Shown one piece after another: positions 1 to 13,773 of a stretch of DNA of 64,000 nt. The stretch lies in assembly GCF_009914755.1 (NCBI RefSeq), contig NC_060936.1; one strand, given 5' to 3'. This stretch comes from the human T2T-CHM13v2.0 reference genome, Homo sapiens. Made by a program: the position numbers and the translations under genes. The notes beneath the pieces were generated by a model. It made no database searches. It was given only the letters and a program-made list of their open reading frames with translations, and was not told the origin of the DNA. The first letter of the stretch is position 1. The number at the start of each line of letters is the position of its first letter.

Positions 1-637
1 TGTAATACTATTGAATTATACACTTAAAAATTGTTACAATGGTTAGTGGGGAAAAGTGAAATATCAAAAACAAACAAACAAACAAACAAAAACCAAACAA
101 ACAGAAGTCAGCCAATGCTCCTTTCTGTGAGTATATACATGGGCCTACCTGTGTTCAATAGCTTGGCTCTTTGGCTCTCGAAAACAAATCCAGCTTACAT
201 TGGAAGAGAAAACCATTTCTAGAGTAACATGAAAACTACAACCCTCCTTTGCCTACAGTATCAAAATATTTCACATGTTTTAGTTCTGTGTTGTGAATCT
301 CAGTCACTTGTACTTCATTTTATAGGCCTTGAACAACTCCCTGGCTTCTCCGGAGATGGAATTGATATCAGGGAATGAATGAGAGAGAGTATAAGGTCTT
401 TTCAGATGACATCGTTCATAAAAACCCAGAGGCAAGACAGCTTGACATAAAGACGCTAATCACGGCAAAAAGTATATAACTTCAGCATATTCAAAATCAC
501 CATAGTAATTCTAAAGAGTAACACAGTTTTGATGTCAGTCCCTAAAAATACAAATCTCATATGTGCTCATATTCTTTCTGTATTTTGTGTCACATTCACA
601 TAAATGCACTCAACATTTGTAAAAGTTTCAAAAGTTT

Positions 638-936
638 GGCCAGGTGTGGTCGCTCATGCCTGTAATCCCAGGACTTCAGGAGGCCGAGGCCAGCGGATCA
701 CCCAAGGTCAGGAGTTCAAGACCAGCCTGGCTAACAGGGTGACACTCCGTCTCTACTAAAAATACAAAAAAAAAGAAATTAGCTGGGCATGGTGGCTCAC
801 TCTTCTAATCCCAGCTACTCAGAAGGCTGAGACAGGAGAATCACCTGAACCCAGGAGGCGAAGGTTGCAGTGAGGCAAGATCACTCCAGTGCACTCCAGC
901 CTGGGTGACAGACCGAGACTCTGTCTCAAAACAAAA
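638..936 (+). mobile_element. AluS
   Basis: Full dimer with 17-bp TSD aaaagtttcaaaagttt (621-637, 937-953). Confidence 0.95.
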
Positions 937-1352
937 AAAAGTTTCAAAAGTTTGATCAAAATCAATCAAGCTAGCTCACTACTTATCTACATGAAAGTAG
1001 AGATATTCATGTTAAGTGTTTCACCTCTTGACAAACAAAGGTTTTAGCCTAGACTTCCTCAACAGAGGTTTAGTGAGTGTGAAATGATTATTTAGAGAAG
1101 TTATTCTGGGCCACAATTTTAACAATGCTCTAACATCTCCATGTTTTTTGGAATGTTACTAATGTCTTAAAAGAGTAACTTTAAATTGATTTAATTTCAT
1201 CTGACTTATAAAACAATATGTAAGCCCTATGCTGTTTCTATTTTTAAGAGATAATAGATTATATAATGCAAACAATTCAACCAAGTAGCACAGAAGAAAT
1301 TAATTCTCTCTTTTAAAAAATTATTACTAGCTAATGTTTACTAAGTTCTTGG

Positions 1353-1986
<634 letters not shown>

Positions 1987-2292
1987 AGAAGATTCCTAAC
2001 CTTTCTCTAAAAGCTTAGGAATCACAGCCTTAGAATAAACTAGGTATTCATTTTTTTTCCCAATTCTACCTTTACCTTCTAACCTCTCCTCTTTCTAAAC
2101 TTTTAGTTGTTTCACGAGTAAGGTTCATAAACAGCCCTGGTAGGATTTCTAACTAGGCAAGACTCCAGCATCCTTATTGTAGAAATTACCAGGTGATACT
2201 AAAAGTTAAGAATATGACATCAGTCAACATTGCTCCCGCTCTGTCCGGCCAAAGTGGTGGCATGAAGATGATCAAGACATCTCTGGACCTAC

Positions 2293-2427
2293 CACTTTGG
2301 GTAGGCATGGAGGGAAAGGCTGGCGTTTTACAGGTGCCAAAGATAGCTTCAGGCTTTGGGAATGCCACTTGTAGACCAAGGTGGTGGCAGAATGTCCAGA
2401 AATCTTCACAGTGATGAACCTATTTAC
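2293..2427 (-). pseudogene. Exon E (135 bp) of the FAM194-like gene
   Basis: Acceptor cctttctgttacccccag|GTA AAT; 45 open codons VNRFITVKISGHSATTLVYKWHSQSLKLSLAPVKRQPFPPCLPKV; donor GTG|gtaggt. Confidence 0.82.
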
Positions 2428-3480
2428 CTGGGGGTAACAGAAAGGAGGGTCATTTCCTGCGTGGAATCCTCATTCTCATAATTCAGATGGAAATCATGTA
2501 TTTGCATGACATGTGGATGGAAATTTGGGACTGACATTCACAGACAGCTGCAGTCTCTTGATTTAATACTATTACATTTTTGAGTTTTGGGCTTTGTGCT
2601 GCAATTTCGTGTGTTGTTATGACTTAGGGAGGGAAAAAGACAAGGGAGGAGAAACTATTTTGCAAGTAATGTAGTCATGTCTGGTAAAGAACATCAGGTC
2701 CATTTTAGATTGAAAAAATGCTAGGTCAACCTACAGGCACTTCTGAGCCCTAATTCTAGCCCCTGAGACATAGTCAGTCTCACCTGTAAAATCCGATTAA
2801 CAACATCTGACTCCCTTGGTGTTGAGAAAAGTCAATGGCTGCCAAGTGCTTAGATGTTTTACAAGCCTTAATCTTCCTGTGAAACCCATTAAAGTTGGAG
2901 AGATTTTACAAAGGACAAGAATGGGAAAGTAACAATAAACGAACAACTTTGAACATCGGCAGATTTGTAGAGCATATTTAAAAGGCTTTCAGTAAATAAA
3001 GCATCTTAATTAAGTCAGCTGCTCTAAGCAGGCAAAGACTCTTGGTTTGGTTATAGTTTACATTCCCTTGCTTCCTGAAGGCTACTAGCTGAAGTAATCT
3101 AAGCTAAATAACCTACTTCATTGGTGATCCTGATTGTTTTTTAGATGATAGGTGAGGAAATTCTGACTTTAAAGTGTCAGGAAATTTGCATATAGAATCC
3201 TGGTACAGCCTTTTTATCTACTCTACTTTCCTAAGCCTCCAGAGTTAAACAGTACTTCTTTAAAAGTTACCATCTAAATAGTCCATGCAGAGCATGTGGC
3301 TACCACAGATGATTTTGTAAGTCGCTTAGAACAGAGACCTAGAGGTTATTCCCTATCCAGTAGCCTATAATGGTGCAGTCCAGTCAAAATAGAATGCAAG
3401 CCACAAAGGTAAGGCAAGTGAGTAATTTTTAACCAACCTTCCTTATTTACTTCTTTCCTCCCTCCCTCCCTCTCTCTCTC

Positions 3481-3754
3481 TTTCTTTCTTTCTTTTTCTT
3501 TTTGAGATGGAGTCTTGCTCTGTCGCCCAGGCTGGAGTGCAAGCTCTGCCTCCCGGGTTCACGCCATTCTCCTGCCTCAGTAGCTGGGACTACAGGCGCC
3601 CGCCACCACGCCCGGCTAATTTCTTTTTGTATTTTTAGTAGAGACGGGGTTTCACCATGTTAGCCAGGATGGTCTTGATCTCCTGACCTCGTGATCCGCC
3701 CGCCTCGGCCTCCCAAAGCGCTGGGATTACAACTGTGAACCACCGCGCCCGGCC
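3481..3754 (-). mobile_element. AluY with internal deletions
   Basis: gttcacgccattctcc and ttagccaggatggtcttgatctcc diagnostics. Confidence 0.9.
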
Positions 3755-3755
3755 C

Positions 3756-4045
3756 TTTATTTTTTTTAAGAGACAATGTCTCACTCTGTCGCCCAGCCTG
3801 GAGTGCAGTGGCACAATCATAGCTCACCACAGCCTTGAACTCCTGGCCTAAGTGATCCTCCCACTTCAGCCTCCCAAGTAGCTGGGACTACAGATGCACA
3901 CCACCAAGCTCATTTTAAAGTTTTTTGTAGAGATGGGGTCTTGCTATGTTTCCCAGGCTGATCTCAAACTACTGGGCTTAAATGCTTCTCCCACCCTGGC
4001 TTTCCAAAGTGCTGAGATTACAGGTGTGAGCCACCATGTCTGGCC
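3756..4045 (-). mobile_element. AluJ
   Basis: Diverged antisense Alu dimer. Confidence 0.9.
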
Positions 4046-4483
4046 TAATTTTAAATTTTCTAGTAGACAGGTTAGAATAAAAAGCAGGTGAAATGAATAA
4101 CTTTGTTTTATAACCAAATATCTCCAAGTATTAGCATTTTGACATGTACTACATATAAAAATTATTAATATGATAGTTTCTATTCTCTTTGTACTAAGTC
4201 TTCGACATCTGGTGTGTATTTTATCCTTACAGCACATTTCAATGCTTCAATAACCATGGATGCCTAGTGGCTGCCATATTGGATAGCATAGCTCTCTATA
4301 AATGGTGCCGTGAAGGTTGGTTGTGCAGTGAGGCACCTGCACATCTGTATACAGTGAGCCTGGACTAATGCATCCCATTTTGTACATATAAACATGCATG
4401 TGTGTGTGCGCACGTGCGCACACACACACAAACACACACTTGAGGTAACTATATACAAAGGAGAAAATCTAGCGCAGAGGTTT

Positions 4484-5979
4484 TGAGAGGTGACAGTGTG
4501 CTGGCAGTCCTCAGAGCCCTCGCTGGCTCTCGGCACCTCCCCTGCCTGGGCTCCCACTTTGGTGGCATTTGAGGAGCCCTTCAGCCCCCCACTGCACTGT
4601 GGGAGCCCCTTTCTGGGCTGGCCAAGGCTGGAGCCCACTCCCTCAGCTTGCAGGGAGGTGTGCAGGGAGAGGCGTGAGCGGGAACCGGGGCTGCGTGCGG
4701 CGCTTGCGAGCCAGCTGGAGTTCCAGGTGGGCGTGGTCTTGGCGGGCCCGCACTTCGAGCAGCCGGCCAGCCCTGCTGGCCCCGGGCCAGTGGCTGCGGA
4801 GTGTGTACTGGGTCCCCCAGCAGTGCCAGCCCACCGGCGCTGCGCTCGATTTCTCACCGGGCCTTAGCTGCCTTCCCGCGGGGCAGGGCTCGGGACCTGC
4901 AGCCCGCCATGCCTGAGCCTCCCACCCACTCCATGGGCTCCTGTGCGGCCCGAGCCTCCCCAACAAGCACCACCCCCTGCTCCACGGTGCCCAGTCCCAT
5001 CGACCACCCAAGGGCTGAGGAATGCGAGCGCAAGGTGCGGGACTGGCAGGCAGCTTCACCTGCAGCCCCGGTGCGGGATCCACTAGGTGAAGCCAGCTGG
5101 GCTCCTGAGTCTGGTGGGGACGTGGAGAGTCTTTATATCTAGCTCAGGGATTGTAAATACACCAATCAGCACCCTGTGTTTAGCTCTGTATCTAGCTGCT
5201 CTGCTGGGGCTGTGGAGAACCTTTATGTCTAGCTCAGGGATTGTAAATACACCAATCGGCACTCTGTATCTAGCTCAAGGTTTGTAAACACACCAATCAG
5301 CACTCTGTGTTTAGCTCAAGGTTTGTGAATGCACCAATCAACACTCTGTATCTAGCTGCTCTGGTGGGGCCTTGGAGAACCTGTGTGTCCAAACTCTGTA
5401 TCTAACTAATCTGATGGGGACCTGGAGAAACTTTGTATCTAGCTCAGGGATTGTAAATGCACCAATCAGCGCCCTGACAAAACAGGCCACTCGGCTCTAC
5501 CAATCAGCAGGATGTGGCTGGGGCCAGATAAGAGAATAAAAGCAGGCTGCCCTAGCCAGCACTGGCAACCTGCTCGGGTCCCCTTCCACAGTGTGGAAGC
5601 TTTGTTCTTTCGCTCTTTGCAATAAATGTTGCTACTGCTCACTCTTTGGGTCCACGATGCTTTTATGAGCTGTAACACTCACCGCGAAGATCTGCAGCTT
5701 CACTCTTGAGCCCAGCGAGACCACGAGCCCACCCGGAGGAACAAACAAATCCAGACGCGCTGCCTTAAGAGCTGTAACACTCACCGCGAAGGTCTACAGC
5801 TTCACTCCTGAGCCAGCGAGACCACGAACCCACCAGAAGGAAAAAACTCCGAACACATCTGAACATCAGAAGGGACAGACTCCAGACGCACCACCTTAAG
5901 AGCTGTAACACTCACTGCGAGGGTCCGCGGCTTCATTCTTGAAGTCAGTGAGACCAAGAATCCACCAATTCCGGACACA
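4484..5979 (+). mobile_element. LTR12C (ERV9) solo LTR
   Basis: Starts TGAGAGGTGACAG, ends CCGGACACA, 4-bp TSD GTTT; CpG-rich U3, tandem ACCAATCAGC repeats, U5 repeats. Confidence 0.95.
5130..5545 (+). promoter_or_regulatory. ERV9 LTR enhancer/promoter (CCAAT/NF-Y repeats, GATA site, AATAAA TATA-like box at 5535)
   Basis: Repeated ACCAATC and TATCT motifs, then GGGCCAGATAAGAGAATAAAAGC; known ERV9 U3 architecture. Confidence 0.75.
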
Positions 5980-6230
5980 GTTTCAGACTGGCAGCTCAGA
6001 AGTGTTTGAATTAATCCTGTCAAAGTTTGAATTAATTGTCAGCAGTTAAATTTCAGGATATTTCACATAAAAGTCTGAATTTCTAGCTGGAAAAAACCGT
6101 AAAATGTAGTAACCCCAGGCCCGTATTCCCATGTGGCAACAACCTTCTGGCCCTGAGTAGAGGCTGTCCCCCTCAGGTGGGACACTTCCAGTTCACTGCC
6201 GTTCCTACTTGGTAGACTCACTCTTATATT
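5980..6230 (+). mobile_element. MER102 (hAT) fragment interrupted at its 5' end by LTR12C
   Basis: atttcacataaaagtctgaatttc...ggcccgtattcccatgtggcaacaa...ctgagtagaggctgtcccc resembles MER102. Confidence 0.6.
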
Positions 6231-6509
6231 ATCTCAGTTTGGAATCTTTGATCCTACAGAGATACATACCAAGCTATGAATATGGTTGATTTCTGCAGAG
6301 TGAAATTGAGGAGGAGGAGACTTTCACTTTGAACACCATACTTTCCTATTTTAGAAATGTTTTTACAGTAGGCATGAACTGCTTTTCTAATAACAATTTT
6401 AAAAAATTGCTGTTTAAAGCAACTGCTGTTTAGCAAAGATAAATCCATTAAGAAAGGGCCAAGTATAGTTTGCCAAGTGAAATGAAGAACTGAAGTAAAA
6501 ATGTATCAC

Positions 6510-7052
6510 ATCCAGGAACTGGTTATTATCTGAAATGAAATAAGCCAGGCACAAAAAGACAAATATCGCATGTCCTCACTTATATGTGGGAGCTAAAAAA
6601 TGGGATCACATGGAGGTAAAGAGTGGAAAATAGAGAACAGAGACTGGGAGGGGTGGGGCAGGGGTAAAGGGAGGATGAAGAGAAGCGGGTTAAAGGGTAA
6701 AAACACACAGTAAGAAGGAATACATAAAATGTTTGACAGCACAGTAGGGTGACTATACTTAACAAAAATGTTTTGTACTTGGGCTGGGCATGGTGGTTTA
6801 TGCCTGTAATCACAGCACTTTGGGAGACTAAGTCTGGAGGACTGCTTGAGCCCAGGAGTTTGAGACCAGCCTGGGCAACATACTGAAATCTTGACTCTAT
6901 AAAAAAACAAAGAAACAGAAAACCCCAAAACTGTTTTTTACTCGGGTGACAGACACCCCAAATACCCTGACTTGACCACTACATATTATATACATGTAAC
7001 AAAGTTGTACATGTAATAAATATACATGTAATAAATTTGTACAAATAAAAAA
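6510..7052 (+). mobile_element. L1MA-type 3' UTR with FLAM insertion (about 6782-6910)
   Basis: aaataagccaggcacaaaaagacaaatatcgcatgtcctcacttatatgtgggagct...gtacaaataaaa. Confidence 0.85.
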
Positions 7053-7111
7053 ATTTATAGCCAGCAAATTAATTCAGTCTTCTCAACCTTGTTTCCTTTA
7101 ATAGCATATAT

Positions 7112-7425
7112 ATTTTTTTATTTTTTATTTTGTTGTTTTTTTGAGATGGAGTCTTACTCTGTTGTCCAGACTGGAGTGCAGTGGTGCAATCTTGGCTCAC
7201 TGCCACCTCTGCCTCCTAGGTTCAAGTGATTCTTCTGCCCCAGCCTCCCAAGTAGCTGAGATTACAGGCATGTGCCACCATGCCCAGCTAATTTTTGTAC
7301 TTTTAGTAGAGATGGAGTTTCACCATGTTGGCCAGGCTGGTCTTGAACTCCTGACCTCAGGTGATCCACCTGCCTCAGCCTCCCAAAGTGCTGGGATTAC
7401 AGGTGTGAGCCACTGTGTCTAGTCC
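7112..7425 (-). mobile_element. AluS
   Basis: Antisense Alu dimer. Confidence 0.95.
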
Positions 7426-7509
7426 CATAATAGTATATTTTAGATACCCAAAGTAAATTACTGTTGCAACATAAAAATAACCATAAGAATGCTAATTGTA
7501 AAATAATAC

Positions 7510-7630
7510 CCAAATTTCCACTGGATTATCAAGTTTTCCTTTTGAAGGCCAGGTCCATTCCCTTATGATGTTTCCTTTTCTGCTGATCACCAGGCCTCCT
7601 TCCTAATTAAACATCACTGCTACTGTTTGT
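7510..7630 (-). pseudogene. Exon D (121 bp) of the FAM194-like gene, contains premature stop
   Basis: Acceptor ctgtcttttttgtag|A; reads (R)QTVAVMFN*EGGLVISRKGNIIREWTWPSKGKLDNPVEIW; TAG at 7605-7603; donor TGG|gtatta. Confidence 0.85.
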
Positions 7631-8049
7631 CTACAAAAAAGACAGAAATTGACCCATTTAGAACAAGAAAAATTCATGCACTCATTGATTTGGCTGAGGT
7701 GATGGAAGTCACCAAGATACAGCTTTTAAGAGCATGGGAATCTCTCCTGTCACATTCCTGGAGGATAGTCACTCTCTCTGCCTGAATATCTTTCTGGAAG
7801 GAAGCTTGATACATACCTGCTCAGCTGATTAGTGTCCCTTCTCTGAGACATGCCTTCTCCCTCCCCTTGCATCTATAGGGTCATAGGAATGGATCCTGCC
7901 AGCCACAATTATCATACCATGTGGGCCTGCTACCTTGGCTATGGCTGATTGAATCAGGGGTGGACATTTAACCACAGCTGTGTTCCAAATGGATACACCC
8001 AGATGTGTCAAAGGACTTAGGAGAGGAGGTGGGCATAGTGCATTCAAAG

Positions 8050-8600
8050 GACTGAAAGGAAGACAGCATGACTAGGGTCAAGAGTGGCGTAAATTAGATG
8101 GGAGTGATTGGCAGGCAGTGGTCAGATATGCAGGAATCCTTGGCCATAGCATGAGTTTTATCTTAAGGGCAAAAAACCAGGCTGGGTGCAATGGCTCATG
8201 CCTGTAATCCCAACACTTCAGGAGGCCTAGGTGGGAAGACTGCGTGAAGCCAGGAGTTCAGGACCAGCCTGGGCAACAAAGCAAGACCTCGTCTCTATTT
8301 CAATAATAATAATAATGATAAAAAGAAAAAAGAGCAAAAAATAATAGAAGGGTTTTAACAACTAAGCAAGGAGGCTACATGATCAAGTGGATTAGGGAGG
8401 GACCACAGTACATGCTGGGAGACCAGTTAAGAGGTCATGACTAGCTGAGTGGTCCAGGGAAGATGGCAGCTTGGATGCGAGTACAGGTGAGAAAGACGGA
8501 GACCCAGGTATGGATTCAAGAACCATCTAGGGTTTGGATGGATGGGATTTGGGTGGTGAATGAGAGGAATGTGTTGATGTTATCTCCACTATACTCTCTT
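8050..8600. mobile_element. L2 fragments with FLAM (about 8180-8320)
   Basis: Purine-rich degenerate L2-like text; Alu left monomer with (AAT)n tail. Confidence 0.55.
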
Positions 8601-9039
8601 GGTCTGTGAATGCAGCCAAGCATTTTATTAGTTTCAGATCAGTAGCATCACACTATGAGTCCTTGTCCAAATCATCTTTGGGCCTTCTGTCTTTTGGGCA
8701 GAGCCCCTGGCACAGAGAAGAAGCTTAAAGAAAGTCTGTTGAATCATGTTGACAAAATGGATTGTTAAGCCAATATATTTTGAATAATTATTAGACGCAG
8801 GACACTGTTTAGGCATTCCAGGGATGCCCTGATTGCAGTTCTCTCTCTACACTTAGGACATTTTCTGTCTTGAGGTAATAATTATTTTGATAGACAACAT
8901 TTATTATAGCGCCTACTAAGCTCTGAGTGTTGTATGAGAGCCTTAACTACAGGCTTTTAGTAGGTAGTGTTGCTTAATGGTTCCAAACCCTATACGGCCA
9001 GACTGGTATGATATTGAATCTGGTTCGTCTGTGTGCTAT

Positions 9040-9538
9040 TGTTGAAGGCTGAGTGAGGGTTGTGATCAACTCAGTATACCACTGGAGGCTGTATGAGTAA
9101 ACAGCAAACTGTTCTCATGAAAGCAGGATGTTGGCAAACTGACAAACTGCGTCTGCTGCCCAGAAGGAACGCTGAGGGCAGTCAAGCCCCAAGCACAGTG
9201 TTTCTTGTGATTAGGCGCATCTGAAGCCTGTTACCAATAATGTGAACCTGTGATCAATTAAGCAGCTGACCAGTCGTTACCCGCTCCTCCCTGCTCTTGC
9301 TACCCAATAAATACGAAGGGCTGTAGAAACTCAGGGTGGCTGCTGCCTTTGCTCACTAGAAGCAGGGAGCCCTTTTCTTCTTCCCCTGGCCCCTTCCTTT
9401 AAAACAGTTTCTTTTGTCTTAAGTTTTCATTTCTACGTTCGTCCCCCTTCGTTCGGTCTCGTAATGATGGTCTCAAGTAGTAACAGTAGTAACTGTCGTA
9501 GTGATGGTCTCAAGTAGTAACCATGGCAGTCTGCCACA
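9040..9538 (+). mobile_element. LTR3 (HERV-K HML-6) solo LTR
   Basis: TGTTG...CAACTCAGTATACCACTGGAGG start, ...GCCACA end, 6-bp TSD tgctat/tcctat. Confidence 0.8.
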
Positions 9539-9569
9539 TCCTATTTTTGTAGATTTGGATTTCCCTCCA

Positions 9570-9618
9570 TTCTCTTCTCTTCTTTCTTTCTCTTTCTTTC
9601 TTTCTCTTTTTTTCTTTT

Positions 9619-9669
<51 letters not shown>

Positions 9670-10000
9670 CTCTCTCTCTCTTTCTTTTTCTTTCTTTCTC
9701 TTTCTTTCCCTCCTTCCTTCCTCCCTCCTTTCCTTCCTTCCTTTTTTTTTTTTTTCTTGATCTGTTGCCCAAGCTGGAGTGCAGTGGCATGATCAAGCTA
9801 AGGTGACCCTCCTGCCTCAGCCTCCTGAGTATTTGGGACTACAGGGGCATGCCACCATGCTTGGCTAATTTTGTTTATTTTTTACAGAGACGCTCTCACT
9901 ATGTTTCCCAGGCTGGTCTTGAACTCCTGGGGTCAAGTGATCCTCCTGCCTCACCCTCCCGAAGTGCTAGGATTAGAGGCATGAACCACTATGCTCGGCC
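9570..10000 (-). mobile_element. AluJ with (TTTC)n/(TTCC)n tail
   Basis: Antisense Alu; pyrimidine microsatellite 9570-9755. Confidence 0.9.
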
Positions 10001-10260
10001 TGACTTGGACATATTTCTCAACCTTTCTGTGGCTCAGTTTCCTTGCCTTAAAAGTGATGATAACAATAGCACCTACCTCATAGGGCTGTTGTGAGAGCTA
10101 AATGAGTTAATACGTGTAAAACACTTCAGAGCCAGGCACCTTGTAAGTTCTATAAAAATGTTGGCTTTCATGATTAAGTCCTCACAATCCCATCTATAGG
10201 TATTATGAGTCCCATTTCATAGACGAGAAAACAGAGGCTGAGAGAGGTTAGTTAATAAAC
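10001..10260. mobile_element. MIR elements
   Basis: ctcagtttcc...acctacctcatagggctgttgtgag core, and cccatttcatagacgagaaaacagaggc. Confidence 0.8.
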
Positions 10261-11564
10261 TACCTGCAGCCTAATATAAAGTTTGATAGGCTCACCCTCT
10301 ACCAGAAGGATGAGAATAGTTCATAGTATAAAAGGAGCACTTTGGGCTTAACCAAGGAGCCTGCAAGCTGGGCTGGAGGAGCAAAGCGACCTAGCCAGTG
10401 GAAAAAAAAAAAGAGCAGAAACAGCAGTGCCAAGTCTTGGCCACCTAGAGTACATTCCTTTCTTGAACAGCCTACCCTTTCACTCACCCTGAGCGGTCTA
10501 GCCTTCAGCTGTTCTCGTTCCTGCCAGAAGCCTCAGGAAAGACCTTACCCATCCACCGTGCATTTCGGTAGGAGCTTTGGCTAAAGCAGCTGTCTTCCTG
10601 TCCACACGGTGTTTCCCTATCCGCTGAATCCCAGTAACAGGGGTCTCACTCCACACCCCTCTTTTATTCCTCTTCCTAACTGCATGGGCTGCTGAGCCTT
10701 CTCACCAAGACCCCCTTTGGTGGGAGGGCAGATGCCCAAAAGGAGGATTCTTTTAAAAGATCGTTAATAGTGAAATACTGAAATCCCTTTAAAGGCAGCT
10801 TTCTTTTTGTTTTGCCTTGTCTCTTTCAGAGTCTTCAGTTCTGCTGAAAGTAGACATTACTCTCTGCCAAGAAATGGGCTATGAGGCTCGGATAACATTA
10901 CACAGGGGCAGGACTTAGCGTTTTGGCTTAGTGTTTTGGACTTGTGTGAAGTTCCCAAAATACCATCAGCAGATGGTGTTGCATTTATCTGCTTAGATGC
11001 TATTATCAAAGAAGACAGGGGGAGGATGAGGAAGGCAACCACCCCGGAGGGGCGAGTGGAGAAAATTTTTTCATCTCCTGTTTATTTCACAGATATAATT
11101 CTCATCTTGGGCATTTAATTTTATGTGTCAAATAAAGGGAACAATTTCCCAGTGCAAATTTAACTGTTGGGAAAAGTCTGATCAGGGCACTGAACATTCT
11201 AGCTTCTGCCTAGAAAGTGAAGATTTGTGATGTATTTTTATTTCCATTTTAACGTTGTTGACTTCTAATTCTCTAAGACTGTCAATTAGTCATAAAGGAC
11301 ATCTCAGGAATCATGTTGCTCAACTCTTGCATCAACCACTACCTATTAATTTTTTCATGTATAGCTTTTATTTTTAATTTAGTATTCCTGGAATGATAAT
11401 TCTTTTAAATTTCATAAAATTGGAGTGAACAAGAAATACCAAGTGCAGGTCCAATTTTCTTATTAGGTGAAAGGGAAATAATGACACCTACTTTAATCAT
11501 GCAATACAAGACAGCAAATTATATATTAATTTATTGAGCTGTGTCTCTCTTTATTTTTTAAATA

Positions 11565-11868
<304 letters not shown>

Positions 11869-11894
11869 CAGTAGTTTTTAAAAATACCTCCCTT

Positions 11895-12320
11895 TTTTAT
11901 ATAATAGCTTTACTGAAATATAGTTCTCACATCATACTAGTCACCATTTAAAGTATAGAGTTCAATGGTTTCTAGAATATTTACAGAGTTGTGCAACAAT
12001 CATGATAATCAATTTTAGAACATTTTTTATCACCCCAAAAAGAAACCATGTGTCCACTAGCAGTGACCCGCATCGCTCCCTCTCCTTGGCCTCTGGGCAG
12101 CCACTGATCTATTTGCTTTCTGTACAGATTTGCTTAATCTAGATATTTCGTGCAAATGGAATCATACAATATGTGGTCTTTTGTGACTATGCTTTTACTT
12201 AGCACAATGCATTCAAGATTAATCTACGTTGTAACATGTATCAATACTTCATTCTGTGTTATGAATGAAATAATATTTCCTTGTATGGCTATACCACATT
12301 TTAGTTATCAGTTATTTGTC
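11895..12320 (-). mobile_element. L1MB/MC 3' end fragment
   Basis: caccatttaaagtatagagttcaatgg...aatggaatcatacaatatgtggtc. Confidence 0.75.
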
Positions 12321-12533
12321 AGTTGAGTGCTCCTTTTGAGGATGTGTTAATGGTACTGTAATGAAATTATCATAGGGCCTCACAAATGGTGACTCTGTTT
12401 TTAGCTCAGACTTCAGGACAAGAAGTACTTTTTTTCATTGGGAATTTAAAAGAGAGAGAAAAGTAAGCAAACATATGCATATATAGATGTGGGTATGTGG
12501 ATATAAACTCACCGTATTTTTAAGACTATATAA

Positions 12534-12878
<345 letters not shown>

Positions 12879-13323
12879 TGAGAGGAAGAGAAAATTTTAA
12901 TTTCCAGGTAATACTCTGTAGTTTAATTTTTTACCACATGCATGAATTACTTTTATTAAAATACATGTATACAAAAATCAATATACCTTCACCCCTGTGT
13001 CAGAGTGGGCTTTCTCACTGAGAAGTTATAAACAGTAAATTCTCTGGTTAGAGAAGCAGAAAGCTGTAGGAGCCCTTAGTCAGAGCCAGCATTTGCAACA
13101 GGTCAGAGGAACGTTGAGGATCACACAGGAATCAATTCGTAAGGACTCAACTTTAATAAATGATACTTAAGTGAAGATTTAGACCCAATTATAAGGATGG
13201 TGCCACAAGAAGAGGCATCTCAGCAGAGTCTGATTCTCCAGAGTTGAGTGTGGTAGGACACAGTTTGCACTGAACTCAGGCTTCAGTCCTGCCAGGGAGA
13301 TGTTTTCACCTTCTTAGCTGGAT

Positions 13324-13773
13324 TAAGGGAGGAGACCACCCCTCATATTGTCTTATGCCCAATTTCTGCCTCCAAAGAAAGAAGAAGTAAAAACTAAAAG
13401 GCAGAAATGAAATCCACAAGCAGACAGCCCAGCGCCACACCCTGGGCCTGGTAGTTAAAGATCCACCCCCGACCTAATCAGTTATGTTATCTATAGATTC
13501 CAGACATTGCATGGAAAAGCACTGTGAAAATCCCTGTCCTGTTCTGTTCCATTCTAATTACCGGTGCATGCAGCCCCCAGTCACGTACCCCCTGCTTGCT
13601 CCATTGATCACGACCCTCTCACGCAGACTCCCTTAGAGTTGTGAGCCCTTAAAAGGGACAGGAATTGCTCGGTTGTTGGAGGCGTGAGTCTTGCCGAAGC
13701 TCTCGGCTGAATAAAGTCCTTCCTTCTTTAACTCGGTGTCTGAGGGGTTTTGTCTGTAGCTCGTCCTGCTACA
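13324..13773 (+). mobile_element. LTR2 (HERV-E/Harlequin) solo LTR
   Basis: TAAGGGAGGAGACCACCCCTCATATTGTC start, AATAAA, ...CCTGCTACA end. Confidence 0.88.

Larger units (their letters stand above)
3372..4290 (+). mobile_element. MER33 (hAT-Charlie), split by two Alus
   Basis: tttaaattttctagtag...tactaagtcttcgacatctggtgtgtatttt...ctagtggctgccatattggatagca matches MER33 as recalled. Confidence 0.7.

Noticed and set aside
4264-5287. Overlapping 66-197 aa ORFs
   Set aside because: They lie largely in the GC-rich U3 of LTR12C, where stops are scarce.
5130-5510. Regularly spaced repeats superficially like a CRISPR array
   Set aside because: Known ERV9 LTR enhancer repeats in a human sequence; no unique spacers or cas genes.
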